Of a stretch of DNA of 64,000 nucleotides, positions 62,431-64,000 are shown piece after piece (the first letter of the stretch is position 1; every line of letters begins with the position of its first letter). The DNA comes from Malacoraja senta (lineage: Eukaryota). The notes below the pieces were generated by a model. It did not search any database, had not been told where the DNA came from, and saw nothing but the letters and a program-made list of their open reading frames with translations. The stretch covers positions 6,448,001 through 6,512,000 of the forward strand of contig CM075994.1 of NCBI GenBank assembly GCA_038087875.1. The letters are read 5' to 3'. The translations under genes were made by a program, and so were the position numbers.

Positions 62431-63260
62431 GGTCAGGGAGGGGGGTGTGTTTGAATCAGTGCGGGGTGGATAGATGGCGGGGGTGGGGTGGGGGGGGGGG
62501 GGGGTTAGAAGGCAGTCGGTGCAGAATGGATGGATTGTGGAAGGTGAATTAGTACGTGTTGGTTGGAGTAGGTAAAATTGTGAGGGGAGAGCACAGGGGG
62601 ATGTCAGTGGTGTTGAATGGGGGGGTTCAGTACGGGATGGATGGGGGTAGACAAAAGTGCTGGAGAAACTCAGCGGGTGAGCAGCATCTATGGAGCGAAG
62701 GAAATAGGCAACGTTTCGGGTCGAGACCCTTCTTCAGACTGTTCCCCCCATTCTTCTTGAATGGGAGGATCAGTACAGGATGGATGGGGGGGGAGATCAG
62801 CGCAGGATGATTGGGGGGGGGGGTCAGTACAGTGTGGATCAGAGGGTCTGTGCAGGATGAATGGGGGATCACTACAGGATGAATGAGGGGAAGGGGGGAA
62901 GGTGCAGGGTAAATGGAGGGTTGGGTCAGTACGGGATGAATGCGTGGATTAGTACAGGATGGATGGGGGATCAGTACAGGGTGGATGGAGGAGAAGTGCA
63001 GGATGGATGGGAAAGGGGTAAGTACAGGGTGAATTGGGGAGCCAGTGTAGAATGGATGGGGGGGGGGGGTGGCAGGAGAATCAATGCAAGGTGGATAGGG
63101 TGATCAGCGCAGGATGAATAGATGGGGAGGGGGTAGATGGGGAGAGGAGCACTGGGGATGTCAGTGAGGACTGAATAGACGTGGGAATGGGGATCAGTGC
63201 GGGATGGAGTGGAGGGGTCCCAGGATAAGGGGGGGGGCGTACAAGAGAGAGAGAAAGAAA
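62430..63260 (+). repeat. G-rich degenerate minisatellite (TCAGTACRGGATGGATGGGGG-like units)
   Basis: About 9 imperfect copies with G-runs. Confidence 0.8.
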
Positions 63261-63359
63261 GGGGGGCGAGGTGGGGAGGAAGGAAGGTCAGCGCTCCTCG
63301 GACAACATCGCCCCCGCTGCCTTGGCCGTTGGGAACTCCTCGCCACCACCTCCCTCCTC

Positions 63360-63839
63360 CGCCAGCCAACAGCAAGGTGCGGGGCCGAGCGGTGCAGCTC
63401 AGAGATCCTATAGCTATAAGATCTTTGGTGCAGCTGCTTCAGAAGGGTCGGAGCGAATGACGGGCCTCGTACAGCGGCAGCAGCGGCCGTGATAGCGGCA
63501 CCATCTCCTCCTCCTCCTGCCGCCTGCCCGCCCTGATAAGGGCCGCTGCTTTGCAAACCCCGCTAACGGCGATAACCGCTTTCGAAACAAACCCTCCCTC
63601 CCGCCACGCCGAGGCCTCCTCCCTCCCTGCCTCAGCGGTTATCGCCGTTACCGGAGTGGCAGGCAGCGGCCCTTATCAGGGCGGGAGGAGGACATGGAGC
63701 CGCTATCGCGGCCCGCTGCTGCCGCTGTGCGAAGCCCGTCATTCGCTCCGACCCTTCTGAAGCAGCTGCACCAAAGATCTTATAGCTATAGGATCTCTGA
63801 GCTGCACCGCTCGGCCCCGCACCTTGCTGTTGGCTGGCG
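63360..63839. repeat. GC-rich foldback with perfect 106-bp outer arms
   Basis: 63360-63465 is the exact reverse complement of 63734-63839, with further imperfect inner pairing. Confidence 0.92.
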
Positions 63840-64000
63840 AAAATAGACCCCTTCCTCTTCGGGGCCCGTCATTCGCTCAGACCCCTTCGTCACCCCGCAC
63901 CTAGTATCTTTGACCCACACAGCCGCCGCCGACACAACACGTCACGTTCCTTCTCTCCAGAGATGCTGCCTGACCCGCGGAGTTACTCCAGTTTTTTGTG

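Noticed and set aside
1-64000. CRISPR arrays, rRNA, prokaryotic operons
   Set aside because: No repeat-spacer arrays or rRNA similarity seen; the sequence is intron-containing vertebrate DNA.

Overview
Repeat-rich vertebrate genomic DNA, most likely a cartilaginous fish (skate/ray). That assignment is inferred from abundant HE1-like tRNA-derived SINEs and the CR1/Rex/Penelope-derived repeat mix. The main content, largely invisible in the ORF track, is a tandem cluster of three + strand CD2/SLAM-family-like receptor genes reconstructed by hand from splice sites: gene A 4353-12383, gene B 33478-41005 and gene C 48952-59504. Each has leader, IgV, IgC2, TM and two cytoplasmic exons. The paralogues have diverged: variable V domains, a frameshift-shortened tail in A, a lost core Cys in B, an Arg near the start of the TM in C, and no canonical ITSM in any. 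Gene A also carries two decayed upstream V-C2 cassettes. Mobile DNA includes a full-length L1 with 11-bp TSD, a truncated L1, CR1 elements, a Tc1 transposon, a DIRS1 element with intact ITR/ICR ends, nested hAT-like elements, a THAP-encoding foldback, a MITE, Rex/L2 fragments and hammerhead-motif repeats. There are two assembly gaps (3897-4096, 17478-17642), a near-identical 3.9-kb duplicate and a 931-bp tandem duplication. All coordinates and counts are by hand; no database searches were run.
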